From positions 73,670-137,669 of the forward strand of contig CAVUAX010000006.1 in assembly GCA_963739685.1 (NCBI GenBank): DNA of 64,000 nucleotides. The letters run 5' to 3'. The notes under the pieces are model-generated. The model made no database searches, was not told the DNA's origin, and was given only the letters and a program-made list of their open reading frames with translations. Source of the DNA: an uncultured Bacteroidales bacterium. GTDB lineage: Bacteria > Bacteroidota > Bacteroidia > Bacteroidales > VadinHA17. The position numbers and the translations under genes are program-made. Below, piece by piece: positions 30,326 to 40,736 of this stretch (position 1 is the stretch's first letter; the number at the start of each line of letters is the position of its first letter).

Positions 30326-31594
30326 ATGGAGGAAAAAATCAAATTAGTAAACGGCAGGTTAGAAGTGCCTGATAATCCTGTTATACCATTCATTGAAGGC
30401 GATGGAACCGGTCCGGACATCTGGCGGGCTTCAGTAAGAGTCTTTGATGCTGCAGTTAAGAAAGTATATGGGAATAAGAAAAAAATTGCCTGGAAAGAAG
30501 TATTGGCAGGAGAAAAGGCTTTTAAAAAAACAGGCAGCTGGATGCCTCCCGAAACACTTGAAGCATTCAAAGAATACCTTGTCGGAATAAAAGGTCCTCT
30601 AACTACACCTGTCGGAGAGGGTATGAGGTCGCTGAATGTTGCATTGCGTCAGGTACTTGATCTCTACACATGCTACAGGCCTGTAAGATATTTTAAAGGA
30701 GTTCCGAGCCCGGTAAAGAAACCCGGACTGGTAGATATGTACATTTTCAGGGAAAACACTGAAGATATTTATCTGGGAATTGAATTCGCAAATGGAAAAC
30801 CCGAAACGGAGAAACTTAAAAGATTTCTGATAGACGAATTGGGGGTTAAATCAATCAGGTTTCCTGATACCTCGGCCCTTGCAATTAAACCTGTCTCGGT
30901 TGAGGGAACAGAAAGACTTGTCAGGCAGGCCATAAAATTTGCGATCGAAAAGAAATTACCATCTGTGACACTTGTTCACAAAGGAAATATAATGAAGTAT
31001 ACTGAAGGAGCCTTTATGAAATGGGGATATGCCCTGGCAGAGCGTGAATTTCCGGATAAGGTGTTTACATGGCTTCAATACAAAAAAATTGCAGAGGCTG
31101 AGGGGGAAAAGAAAGCTTTAAGCGAACAGGCAAAAGCTGAAGCATCGGGGAAAGTCATAATAAAAGATGTAATTGCTGATGCTTTCCTCCAGCAGATACT
31201 GACACGTCCGGCCGAATACTCGGTAATAGCTACGCTCAACCTGAACGGAGACTACATTTCCGATGCTCTTGCAGCCATTGTCGGAGGTATCGGGATTGCC
31301 CCCGGGGCCAATATTAATTTTGACACGGGCCATGCAATATTCGAAGCTACCCATGGTACTGCACCTAAATATGCTGACCTGGATAAAGTAAATCCCGGGT
31401 CAGTAATTCTTTCCGGCGGTTTAATGTTTGAATATATCGGATGGGGAGATGTGGCCGACGCTATTTATAAAGGACTCAAAAGGGCAATTCAGGCTAAAAA
31501 GGTAACTTATGATTTTCACCGTTTGATGAAAAACGCAACACTGCTGAAAACATCAGAATTTGGTGATGAGATAATTTCAGAATTTAACAGGTAA
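30326..31594 (+). CDS. icd: NADP-dependent isocitrate dehydrogenase
   Basis: [56 protein letters not shown]. Confidence 0.96.
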   Translation: MEEKIKLVNGRLEVPDNPVIPFIEGDGTGPDIWRASVRVFDAAVKKVYGNKKKIAWKEVLAGEKAFKKTGSWMPPETLEAFKEYLVGIKGPLTTPVGEGMRSLNVALRQVLDLYTCYRPVRYFKGVPSPVKKPGLVDMYIFRENTEDIYLGIEFANGKPETEKLKRFLIDELGVKSIRFPDTSALAIKPVSVEGTERLVRQAIKFAIEKKLPSVTLVHKGNIMKYTEGAFMKWGYALAEREFPDKVFTWLQYKKIAEAEGEKKALSEQAKAEASGKVIIKDVIADAFLQQILTRPAEYSVIATLNLNGDYISDALAAIVGGIGIAPGANINFDTGHAIFEATHGTAPKYADLDKVNPGSVILSGGLMFEYIGWGDVADAIYKGLKRAIQAKKVTYDFHRLMKNATLLKTSEFGDEIISEFNR

Positions 31595-31802
31595 TAAAGC
31601 AAAGGTATAGATTATTGTAACTGGGGATGTCTTCCTGTCTTCGACACATTTTAAAACCACTAACCTGAAGTGTCATTATTTCAGTCTTATACTTTTTTTA
31701 TAAGAACAGGTTGCAGGTTTTGCTGAGCCGAAGTCAGGAATATATTTTGGCTTTTTTATCATTGGTTGGAAAGAGACTTGCAATTAACAGTAAATACACA
31801 GG

Positions 31803-33329
31803 TTATTCAAGTTTTAAACCCTCTTTTGTTAATTTCCAGAACCTGTTGCCCTGATCATCATTTACACCATCCCTGTCATAATAATGACTTTGATTGGGAT
31901 ATATCATATTTTTAGTATTAATGCCCATGTAAATCATAGTTCCTTCAGGAATGTGCAATGTGACACCGACATCATCAAAAGCCCATTTAGCCCCGGAGGG
32001 ATAAGTAAAATATTCATCAAGGAACAGGGTATCTCCGGAATGACGGTAACTGTATTGTAGCGCATTTGCTTTCGCAAGTGCCTCAGACCGGGTTCGACCA
32101 CTTGATTGTTTTGTAATTTCAACAAGGTTATTATTATTTTCTGATGCTTCAATCCTTATACGCATGGGGATAAAAACCTCTTTACTACCTTCATTTATAT
32201 ATACAAAAAAGTCTTTATGGGGTATTACTAACTCATGGTCATACCCCAGATCTGAAATTCTGTTTATAGGTTTAATATAAAGAGTGTCAGGGATATTAAA
32301 TAAAGAATCAGTTGAAATGGATTTAGCTCTTTCAGCGTAACCAATACCCTCATTAAAGAGAATTATTGAAAGAGCTGCAATACTCATGACCCAGACTACT
32401 AGGGCTGAAAGACTGAAAATACCTTCCCTGGCCCTAAACCAGAATATCATTTTAACTCCCCCGTAGATAAATGCAAGCAGCGGTAAAATAACTATTATAC
32501 TGACCAGGATTGTAATCCATGGAGCGACTGACGGGGAAACAATGAAATTCAGGAAATCGGGGATATAACTCAGATTAATTCCTTCTGCCGCAACTGAAAA
32601 CGACCCGGGATATCTGAAAAGAAATACTATAACAAAGCTGAATATCCCAATGAATCCCGTAAGCACTAATAATGTGCCTGTTATGATAAAAATTATACGC
32701 AGAAAGATGAAAAATGTCCTGCCTAAAGCTTTGAAGACCTCATTCAAAGCGTTCCCAACACCCTGGATTCCGGTATCTTTGCCAGGCACACTGTTCTTCC
32801 GGATGGATGAATGCCAGGCATTACCATACATTTCTTTTTTCCGGGAACCGGTCTGATCTGATGGAAGAGCAATCCATAGAGCCAGATAAATGAAGAGCCC
32901 TATCCCAAAGAACATTGCAAACAAAATGAAAAGAATTCTTATCCAGACAGGATCAGTGCCGAGGTATGCTCCTATTCCGCCGCATACTCCCCCCATAATA
33001 GAATCGTCGGTATTTCTGTACATCCCTTTTCTCCCTGAAGTGAAGTGCGGAATGGAATTATCATTTTCAAACTGATCAAAATCCTCAGGTTTTCCAATGA
33101 CTGAAATCATTACTTCAACATTTTCCTTTGTAACAACCCCTGCCTGCCCTTTCTGTGATAGAAAGATTTCAGCTATACGTATTTCTATATCTTCAATGGT
33201 TTCGTAACCTCCCTGGATATTTCTGAATCTGGCATCTATTTCCTTCAAATAGTCATGCAAAATGTGGTATGCATCCTCATCGATAAGAAAAAGAGTGCCG
33301 CCCAGATTTATTTTTATTGTCTTGTCCAT
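31803..33329 (-). CDS. PspC-domain membrane protein (long form)
   Basis: KTIKINLGG..IDEDAY; PspC motif MYR..DD..MGGVCGGIG.Y; further TM helices and an exported tail. Confidence 0.85.
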   Translation of the reverse strand: MDKTIKINLGGTLFLIDEDAYHILHDYLKEIDARFRNIQGGYETIEDIEIRIAEIFLSQKGQAGVVTKENVEVMISVIGKPEDFDQFENDNSIPHFTSGRKGMYRNTDDSIMGGVCGGIGAYLGTDPVWIRILFILFAMFFGIGLFIYLALWIALPSDQTGSRKKEMYGNAWHSSIRKNSVPGKDTGIQGVGNALNEVFKALGRTFFIFLRIIFIITGTLLVLTGFIGIFSFVIVFLFRYPGSFSVAAEGINLSYIPDFLNFIVSPSVAPWITILVSIIVILPLLAFIYGGVKMIFWFRAREGIFSLSALVVWVMSIAALSIILFNEGIGYAERAKSISTDSLFNIPDTLYIKPINRISDLGYDHELVIPHKDFFVYINEGSKEVFIPMRIRIEASENNNNLVEITKQSSGRTRSEALAKANALQYSYRHSGDTLFLDEYFTYPSGAKWAFDDVGVTLHIPEGTMIYMGINTKNMIYPNQSHYYDRDGVNDDQGNRFWKLTKEGLKLE

Positions 33330-33359
33330 AACTTTATGACTATGAGGTAAATTAAACGT

Positions 33360-33686
33360 TTATCTGGTGCGTATAAGGTTTACTGATTCTACTAGCTCCA
33401 TCCACGATTTGTCCAGGTCGGCAAGATATTCCTTACCCTGGGGAGTGAGTTCATAATACTTCCTTGGAGGTCCCTGTTGCGATTCTTCCCATCGGTAGCT
33501 CAATAAACCCGCATTCTTCTGTCTTGTCAGCAGGGGATAAAGAGTTCCTTCAACCACAATTACCCTGGCATCTTTAAGTTCCTTTATTATGTCGCTTGCA
33601 TAGGATGATGTTCTGGAGAGCACTGACAGGATGCAATATTCCAGGATCCCCTTGCGCATCTGTGCTTTTGTATTTTCTAAATCCAT
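33360..33686 (-). CDS. PadR-family transcriptional regulator
   Basis: Likely start MDLENTKAQMRKGILEYCIL at 33686; VEGTLYPLL.R, GPPRKYY.LT. Confidence 0.92.
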   Translation of the reverse strand: MDLENTKAQMRKGILEYCILSVLSRTSSYASDIIKELKDARVIVVEGTLYPLLTRQKNAGLLSYRWEESQQGPPRKYYELTPQGKEYLADLDKSWMELVESVNLIRTR

Positions 33687-33738
33687 GGTATTTGATTTTA
33701 TATTATATGTTATAATTGTCATTATATTCTTAACCAGA

Positions 33739-34329
33739 TTACAGCTTCATTTTCTTCCTCACGTTGTCAAACTCGTTTTTGACAGAATCTTTTATGTTGT
33801 GAATATTCACCGGATTTCCCTTCATCTCGATTTTCTGGGCAGTAGTCTTTGCTTCAGGCAGGACAACATATAGAATTAGATAGACAAGAAGTCCCAGGCC
33901 TCCTGCAAAGACCAGGGCAACGAATATAATACGGATGACCAACGGGTCAATGGCCCAGTATGCACCCATCCCGGAACAGACTCCTCCGATGATCCTGTTG
34001 TCAGGGTCGCGGTACATGCGATGATAACCGGGAGAGCTGAATTTGTTACGTGACGAAGCTCCTTCATCATCTGAAATATCCTCAGGTGTTCCCAGAACAG
34101 AAATGGCGTGTTGAACATCATCCATCGATATTACTTGCTTATAAGCAGTTAATCTGCTACGAAAAAGTTCAGCGATTCTGGATTCAATATCCGAAAGTAT
34201 TTCTACGGAGCTTTCTTCCTGAGCAAAATGAATCTCAAGGTTTTTAAGGTACCTTTTAAGTTCGGCATAGGCATCTTCATCAATATTGAAAGAATAACCG
34301 CCGAGATTAATACTTACTGTTATTTTCAT
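33739..34329 (-). CDS. PspC-domain protein (short form)
   Basis: Likely start MKITVSINLGG at 34329; IDEDAY; MYRDPDNRIIGGVCSG; paralogous to the N-terminus of 31803..33329. Confidence 0.88.
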   Translation of the reverse strand: MKITVSINLGGYSFNIDEDAYAELKRYLKNLEIHFAQEESSVEILSDIESRIAELFRSRLTAYKQVISMDDVQHAISVLGTPEDISDDEGASSRNKFSSPGYHRMYRDPDNRIIGGVCSGMGAYWAIDPLVIRIIFVALVFAGGLGLLVYLILYVVLPEAKTTAQKIEMKGNPVNIHNIKDSVKNEFDNVRKKMKL

Positions 34330-34376
34330 GGTTTTGTAAAAATTTACTACTGGTTTATACATGTAACATTACAGCA

Positions 34377-34417
34377 CAAAGATATAAAGAAAATAATATA
34401 CTATGCAATGCATAGTA
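34377..34417 (-). promoter_or_regulatory. pspC-padR promoter with an overlapping palindromic operator
   Basis: Minus-strand TATCTTTG at 34377-34384; perfect inverted repeat TACTATGC-aat-GCATAGTA at 34399-34417 covering the expected -33 position. Confidence 0.7.
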
Positions 34418-34713
34418 CTAAAATAATTTACTTTTTTACAAAATATTTTTTAAAGAACATATAATCAGTGAATTAAAAATTATTAAATTAATGGCTTCCC
34501 CGATTAGTTACTTATACTCTAAATTTCACATATCATTACTGAAGGTTGAGAAAGTCATTGGCTGGTTATTGTTATTTGGTATTTAACCGGTATTTAAATG
34601 GGATATGGGAGCGGGTTCAGGTGCTTTTGAAAAAAGCCGGAGTTAATCCTTTAGTTAAAATTTGGAGGTTAAATCTCAAAGTTGATTATCTTTATCCAAA
34701 CATCAATAATTAA

Positions 34714-35700
34714 ATGGAAAGAAATTATAAGTGGGGCATATTAGCTCCGGGAAAGATGGCTGCAAAATTCACGGAAGGCCTTAAATTACTGAATAATGCA
34801 GAATTATATGCGGTTGGATCGCGGGATGCAGGCAGAGCTGAAATCTTTGCAAAGAAGCATGGATTTAAGAAATATTATGGCAGTTATGAAGATCTTGCAG
34901 CTGATAAGGAGGTTGATGTTATTTATATAGCATCGCCCCATTCACATCATTATCAGCATACTATGCTTTGCCTTAAAAACAGGAAAGCGGTTATTTGCGA
35001 AAAAGCATTTGCCCTGAACGGCCGGGAAGTGGAAGAAATGATTAGTGAAGCTCAGAACCGTAAAATATTTCTTATGGAAGCACTTTGGCCACCGTTTCAA
35101 CCTGTGTATAAAAAAGCAATGGAGATTCTGGATAGCGGTGAGCCGGGGAAAGTGATCCATCTCAATGCAAGATTCGGTTTTCAGCCTCCATTTAGTCCCT
35201 CCGACAGGAAGTTTAACCTTGATCTTGGAGGGGGTTCTCTCCTTGATATAGGGATTTATCCCGTAATAGATGCTCTCACATTCATGGGAATCCCTTCAGA
35301 AATAACAGCCAGAGCATCTTTTACCGAAACAGGTTCGGAGGATTCAATAAGCATAATTTTCTCATATGCTGATGGCAGAATGGCTGTTCTATACAGTTCG
35401 TTCCGCACTGCTGCCGGGATAGGTTGTGACATCCTTTGTGAAAACGGGAATATCTTCTTTACCCGAAGACGTGACATGTCGCAGCAGTTGATTGTTGATC
35501 TTAACGGGAAAGAGAGTTCTTCAATTTCCCTTTTACCGGAGGGCATGGGTTATCAGTTTGAAGCAATGGAAGTTATGAAATGTCTGGATCTCGGATTGAT
35601 TGAAAGTCCGGTTGTTCCGCATCAATTCAGCAGGGACCTTATCAATACACTCGACAGGATAAGAAGGGTTGCCGGAATTGTATTTCCAGGCAGAAAATGA
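34714..35700 (+). CDS. Gfo/Idh/MocA oxidoreductase (dihydrodiol dehydrogenase-like)
   Basis: WGILAPG, YIASPHSHH, ICEKAF, LMEALW, GGSLLDIGIY. Confidence 0.9.
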   Translation: MERNYKWGILAPGKMAAKFTEGLKLLNNAELYAVGSRDAGRAEIFAKKHGFKKYYGSYEDLAADKEVDVIYIASPHSHHYQHTMLCLKNRKAVICEKAFALNGREVEEMISEAQNRKIFLMEALWPPFQPVYKKAMEILDSGEPGKVIHLNARFGFQPPFSPSDRKFNLDLGGGSLLDIGIYPVIDALTFMGIPSEITARASFTETGSEDSISIIFSYADGRMAVLYSSFRTAAGIGCDILCENGNIFFTRRRDMSQQLIVDLNGKESSSISLLPEGMGYQFEAMEVMKCLDLGLIESPVVPHQFSRDLINTLDRIRRVAGIVFPGRK

Positions 35701-35837
35701 TTGTCCGGGCACCCGCAAAACCAGGAGATTTCCAGTGATGAACGGGATAATTGACGGTTAGTATCTACAATTTATTCTCCTGAATGATGGTAAAAGAAAT
35801 CAGGTTAGCAAGAAGTACCCTGTAGCCAGAATAAGTC

Positions 35838-36563
35838 ATGACAGATACCTATTCAGAAATGAATGCTGATGCCGCCTTTTACAGGAAGAAATTTCTGCTG
35901 AGTATGATGATTCCGGGCATTTTTGTATTTCTGATGTGGATAGTTAAACTGGTTGAAGTACTGTTTGGTCTTGATTTCTCCGGCCTTGGTATTTACCCGT
36001 TAACCCTAAAGGGATTACCGGGAATTATTCTCTCTCCCTTAATCCATGCTGACTTCGATCATTTGTTCAATAATTCAATTCCCTTATTTTTTTTATCAGT
36101 TGCTCTTTTTTATTTTTATTCGGAGGTTGCTACAAAAATATTTATTCTTAATTATGTTATTACAGGAACATTGGTATGGTTTGCTGGCAGATATGCCTGG
36201 CATATTGGTGCCAGCGGTCTGATATACGGACTGGCTTCGTTTCTTTTTTTCAGTGGTATAATCAGGAGATATTACAGGCTTGTTGCATTATCCCTGCTGG
36301 TTGTATTTTTGTACGGTGAGATGGTTTGGGGTATCTTTCCCGGAGTATATAAAAATGTGTCATGGGAATCACATATGCTTGGGTCCTTTTCAGGCATTGT
36401 GCTCTCAATCTGGTTCAGAAATCAGGGACCTCAGCGGCCGGCTTATGAATGGATGGAGGAAGATGTAGTGGAAAAGGTTGAAGATGAAGAAAATAATCAA
36501 TATCTTTGTGGCCAGGATAATCTTTTCTATGTCAAAGATATCAGCGGTAATAATAACTTTTAA
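35838..36563 (+). CDS. Rhomboid-family intramembrane serine protease
   Basis: H...HLFNN, HIGASG (catalytic Ser), SWESH (catalytic His). Confidence 0.9.
   Translation: MTDTYSEMNADAAFYRKKFLLSMMIPGIFVFLMWIVKLVEVLFGLDFSGLGIYPLTLKGLPGIILSPLIHADFDHLFNNSIPLFFLSVALFYFYSEVATKIFILNYVITGTLVWFAGRYAWHIGASGLIYGLASFLFFSGIIRRYYRLVALSLLVVFLYGEMVWGIFPGVYKNVSWESHMLGSFSGIVLSIWFRNQGPQRPAYEWMEEDVVEKVEDEENNQYLCGQDNLFYVKDISGNNNF
36501..36508 (+). promoter_or_regulatory. Possible -7 promoter element for the GT2-GT4 gene, inside the rhomboid 3' end
   Basis: TATCTTTG 20 nt before ATG 36529. Confidence 0.45.
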
Positions 36564-38487
36564 CGAGGCTGAATATATTGGTCAATGCATCAGATCGGTT
36601 GCAGAAGTTGCCGATGAAATTGTCGTTGTTGATTCTTTTTCCACTGACAGGACAAAGGAGATTTGCCTTTCGCACGGAGTACGGTTTATTGAACATTCAT
36701 TCGAGGGATACAGAGATCAGAAAAATTTTGCTCTCTCACTTTCTTCTTTCGATTATGTTCTATCGCTGGATGCGGACGAGGAACTTTCACCGGGATTAGA
36801 AAAATCAATTCTTGCAGTAAAGCAGAATCTTAAATATGATGGCTATAAGTTTAACCGGTTAAACAGCTATTGTGGTAAATGGATCTATCATACAAGTTTG
36901 TCTCCTGAGCGTAAAATTCGTCTGTTCAACAAAAAAAAAGCCAGATGGGTTGGCTTAAACATCCATGAATCTGTAGGACTTGATAATCCAAAAAGCGTAA
37001 AACGACTGGGGGGAAATCTGATTCACTGGCTTTATAATAGTCATGAAGAGAGCATTGACAAAATGAACCGGTATTCGACGCTGTTGGCTGGTGAGTATTT
37101 TAAACTTGGCATTAAAGCCAATTCTTCAAGGCTTATTATTAATCCCTTATGGAGATTTTTCCATTCATTTTTAATAAAGGGTGGCTTCATTGACGGATTT
37201 GACGGATATATAGTAAGCAAATTTCTTGCCCTCTCATGCTTTTTGAAATACGTTAAACTCAGGAACCTTTACATTCAGGCAAAGAAATCACAATGGGACA
37301 CAGATCACCGCAGCCATGTAATAACCACAAATCAGGCTGACTTAAATGAAGAAAAATTCGGCCCAATTTCAATTGGCTTTGATGCCAAAAGAGCTTTTTA
37401 CAATCTAAGTGGATTAGGAAATTATAGCCGTAACCTGTTGTACGCACTGGCAAAAAACAACCCTGAAAACTCATATTATCTTTTTACTCCTAAAACCAAA
37501 GACCGGTATATCGTGGATAATGAAGGTCAATTCAATCTGATTGAGCCAAATCGGCCCATTCTCAGAATGATTAATCCTCTCTGGAGAACTACTTATATGA
37601 AAAACGATATCAGGCGGCAAAAGTTGGAAATTTTTCATGGGCTGAGCCAGGAGCTTCCTTTCGGCATAGAAAAAACAGGTGTAAAGTCAGTTGTTACGGT
37701 TCATGATCTTATCTTCATGAGGTTTCCTGAGTTCTACAACTGGGTTGATATAAAAATTTATTATTGGAAATTAGTCCATGCATGCAGGGTTTCAGACCAT
37801 ATTGTTGCCATGAGCAAACAAACTAAAAATGATCTTATCAGGTTTCTGAACCTCTCTCCCGACAAAATCTCTGTGATCTATCAGGGCTGTAACCCATACT
37901 TCTGGAAGAGTTACACCAAAGAGTATTTTAAAGAAATCAGGACAAAGTATAACTTACCGGAGAGATATCTTTTATATGTTGGAACAATTGAGGAACGTAA
38001 AAACTTACTGGGCATAATTAAGGCAATGCACATGGCGAATATCAGCATCTCGCTCGTTGTAGTCGGCCGTAAGGCCGGTAATTATTTCAAAAAAGTTCAG
38101 AATTTTATTTCCATCAATGGAATTAACAACATAATTTTCCCCGAAAAAATATTAAATAGCGAGTTACCTGTTATTTATCAAAATGCAGAATGTTTTATTT
38201 ATCCCTCTTTTTTCGAAGGATTCGGTATACCTCTGGTTGAGGCTCTGGTATCAAAAACTCCTGTAATTACGAGCAAGAGAGGATGTTTTGCTGAAGCAGC
38301 CGGGCCAGGAAGTATTTACGTTGATCCTTATGACCCTGAAATGATCGGGGAAGCAATATTCAATGTAGTTAATAATAAGGATATCAGGGATAAGATGAGA
38401 ATTGTAGGAGCAGATTATGCCAATAATTTCAGGGAGGACTTTATTGCCGGTTCGTATATGAATCTCTATTACTCCTTATTAAAATAG
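36529..38487 (+). CDS. Bifunctional GT2 + GT4 glycosyltransferase fusion
   Basis: Likely start MSKISAVIITFNE at 36529. GT2 part: VVDSFSTD, SLDADE. GT4 part: IGFDAKRA..N.SGLGNYSR, TVHDLIF, VGTIEERKN, EGFGIPLVEA. Confidence 0.88.
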   Translation: MSKISAVIITFNEAEYIGQCIRSVAEVADEIVVVDSFSTDRTKEICLSHGVRFIEHSFEGYRDQKNFALSLSSFDYVLSLDADEELSPGLEKSILAVKQNLKYDGYKFNRLNSYCGKWIYHTSLSPERKIRLFNKKKARWVGLNIHESVGLDNPKSVKRLGGNLIHWLYNSHEESIDKMNRYSTLLAGEYFKLGIKANSSRLIINPLWRFFHSFLIKGGFIDGFDGYIVSKFLALSCFLKYVKLRNLYIQAKKSQWDTDHRSHVITTNQADLNEEKFGPISIGFDAKRAFYNLSGLGNYSRNLLYALAKNNPENSYYLFTPKTKDRYIVDNEGQFNLIEPNRPILRMINPLWRTTYMKNDIRRQKLEIFHGLSQELPFGIEKTGVKSVVTVHDLIFMRFPEFYNWVDIKIYYWKLVHACRVSDHIVAMSKQTKNDLIRFLNLSPDKISVIYQGCNPYFWKSYTKEYFKEIRTKYNLPERYLLYVGTIEERKNLLGIIKAMHMANISISLVVVGRKAGNYFKKVQNFISINGINNIIFPEKILNSELPVIYQNAECFIYPSFFEGFGIPLVEALVSKTPVITSKRGCFAEAAGPGSIYVDPYDPEMIGEAIFNVVNNKDIRDKMRIVGADYANNFREDFIAGSYMNLYYSLLK

Positions 38488-38745
38488 GTTGAACAGTTCC
38501 ACCGGAAAATGAGAGATTGCAGGTTTCGAAAAAGCAGAAATTCATTAATATTAATCTCTATTTCAGTTGATTCACTTAATCTGATCATACAATTTATTCA
38601 CCAATATGATAAAATAAGGGTCAGGTGAGTCCGGATATAAAAATAATATGATTATTGATAATTTACTTTTAACTATATGGGATTACTTAACCTGACAGGA
38701 CATTGGAATTTCGGGAAAGCTGTATTATTATACTATTAATTAATC

Positions 38746-39546
38746 ATGATTTCATTAATTATATCCTTCTACAAACGTCTTGATTTTTTAGAACTTATAC
38801 TTCAATCGCTTGATAGACAATCCTGTAAAAATTTTGAAGTAGTTATAGCAGAAGACAACAATGACCTTAAAACTGTCAGGTTTATTAACGGGGCACGTCT
38901 TTTGCATAATTACAATATACTGCATGTATCTCAGGAAGATATTGGATTCAGGAAAACACGGATATTAAATGAAGCAGTAAAATCAGCCAATGGTGAACAA
39001 CTTGTTTTCATTGACGGGGATTGTATCCTTCACAAACATTTTATTAAAGAATACAGCAAAGCCATAACAGATACACATTTCTGTTATGGCAGAAGAGTTT
39101 TCTGCAGCAGAAAACTTACGAATATCTTGTTGGAATCAAAATCTTTCAGAAAATGTAATATTTTAAATGCCTTTTTATATGGAGGACGAAGCATTGGAGC
39201 CGGTTTCTATCTTCCTTTCATAATAAACAAAGACAAACAATACAGGAGAATACTAGGCTGCAACTGGGGCATTTTAAAAAAGAATATTTTAGAGGTTAAT
39301 GGTTTTGATGAAGATTATGACCGGGCAGGTGTCGGTGAAGACTTTGATATTGACTGGAGATTAAAAATGCATGGTTTTAAGGTTCGTTCGATGAAGGGGA
39401 AAGCTATTGTTTTTCATATGTACCATAAAGCCAATTATATTCCCTCCGATACTGAGTATGTGGAAAAATTAATGGCTGAGAAGAAAATGGCAGGTAATTC
39501 GTTTTGCATCAATGGGATATATAGGAAACAACCTGTACAGAGTTGA
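38746..39546 (+). CDS. GT2 glycosyltransferase (with GT7C-like C-terminus)
   Basis: FEVVIAED, GFRKTRILN, FIDGDC, GCNW, VNGFDEDY, GEDFD. Confidence 0.88.
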   Translation: MISLIISFYKRLDFLELILQSLDRQSCKNFEVVIAEDNNDLKTVRFINGARLLHNYNILHVSQEDIGFRKTRILNEAVKSANGEQLVFIDGDCILHKHFIKEYSKAITDTHFCYGRRVFCSRKLTNILLESKSFRKCNILNAFLYGGRSIGAGFYLPFIINKDKQYRRILGCNWGILKKNILEVNGFDEDYDRAGVGEDFDIDWRLKMHGFKVRSMKGKAIVFHMYHKANYIPSDTEYVEKLMAEKKMAGNSFCINGIYRKQPVQS

Positions 39547-39640
39547 GTATTTAATAACATAAGCAGTTTTAATAACATATTAAAGCCGGTAAAAATTTAA
39601 TTTTACCCGGATAAATATATTTTTTAATTAATTAAATGAG

Positions 39641-40549
39641 ATGATTAATTGGTACCCTGGTAAAAACCATGACAAAGAGAGTAAATTCTCCATCCTTATC
39701 CCAAGCTGGAATAATCTTTCATTCCTGAGGATATGTATTGACAGCATTGCCAGAAATTCTGCCTTTAAACATCAGATTATTATTCATGTTAACGAAGGAA
39801 CCGACGGCACTCTGGAGTGGGTCCGTAATAAAGGGTTCGACTTCACGCACAGTACTGATAACGCAGGTGTATGCTGGGCAATGAATGCATGCAGGTCACT
39901 CATCAGGACCGAATATATTGTTTTTTTAAATGACGATATGTACATGCTGCCGGATTGGGATTATGAACTATGGAATGAAATAGATAGGCTACCCGGTAAA
40001 TATTTTTTTCTGTCTTCAACTACCATAGAACCCAGGATTTCGCCCCACCCTGGAATACTTGCTCCATTTGACTATGGAAATACCCCCGAAACATTCAGGG
40101 AAGAGAACCTTCTTAGGGAGTACAAATCAATAAAGGGTAATGATTGGAGTGGAGCTACCTGGCCTCCGAATATTGTTCACCGGGACCTCTGGGATCTGGT
40201 AGGCGGATATAGCATTGAATATTTTCCGGGTCTTTACTCTGACCCGGATTTTTCAATGAAGCTTTATGAAGCAGGGGTGCGCCACTTCAAGGGACTTGAT
40301 TCAAGCCGTGCATACCATTTCGGATCAAAAACAACTCAAAGAACAGCATTGAACAATGGCAGCAGGCAGTTCCTGAATAAATGGGGAATAACTTCAGCTT
40401 CCTTTACCCGTCATTACCTGAAGAGAGGTCAGAGCTTTCAGGGTGATATTGTTGTAAGCAATTCTGATAAGGCATTGAGAAGAGCACTTTTAAAAAGTAA
40501 TCTGAAAAGGATATTCTGGCTGCCTGGTGGAACCGGGAAAGCAAAATGA
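39641..40549 (+). CDS. GT2 glycosyltransferase
   Basis: SILIPSWNN, FLNDDM, VGGYS.E..PG..SDPD. Confidence 0.85.
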   Translation: MINWYPGKNHDKESKFSILIPSWNNLSFLRICIDSIARNSAFKHQIIIHVNEGTDGTLEWVRNKGFDFTHSTDNAGVCWAMNACRSLIRTEYIVFLNDDMYMLPDWDYELWNEIDRLPGKYFFLSSTTIEPRISPHPGILAPFDYGNTPETFREENLLREYKSIKGNDWSGATWPPNIVHRDLWDLVGGYSIEYFPGLYSDPDFSMKLYEAGVRHFKGLDSSRAYHFGSKTTQRTALNNGSRQFLNKWGITSASFTRHYLKRGQSFQGDIVVSNSDKALRRALLKSNLKRIFWLPGGTGKAK

Positions 40550-40736
40550 AAATTTTCATACAACCTTCTCAGTTAAACCAAAAGTACCCGATCTTGTTTA
40601 ATGTAAAAAGGCATTAAGTTATTAAAAAAAATTACAAACCGGGGTCAAAAAAATTGACTCACAATATCTGCGAAAGTTTTAGGGTTATTTATTAATACAA
40701 CTGCAAACATTTTTTCAACCTCGATAAAATATACAT

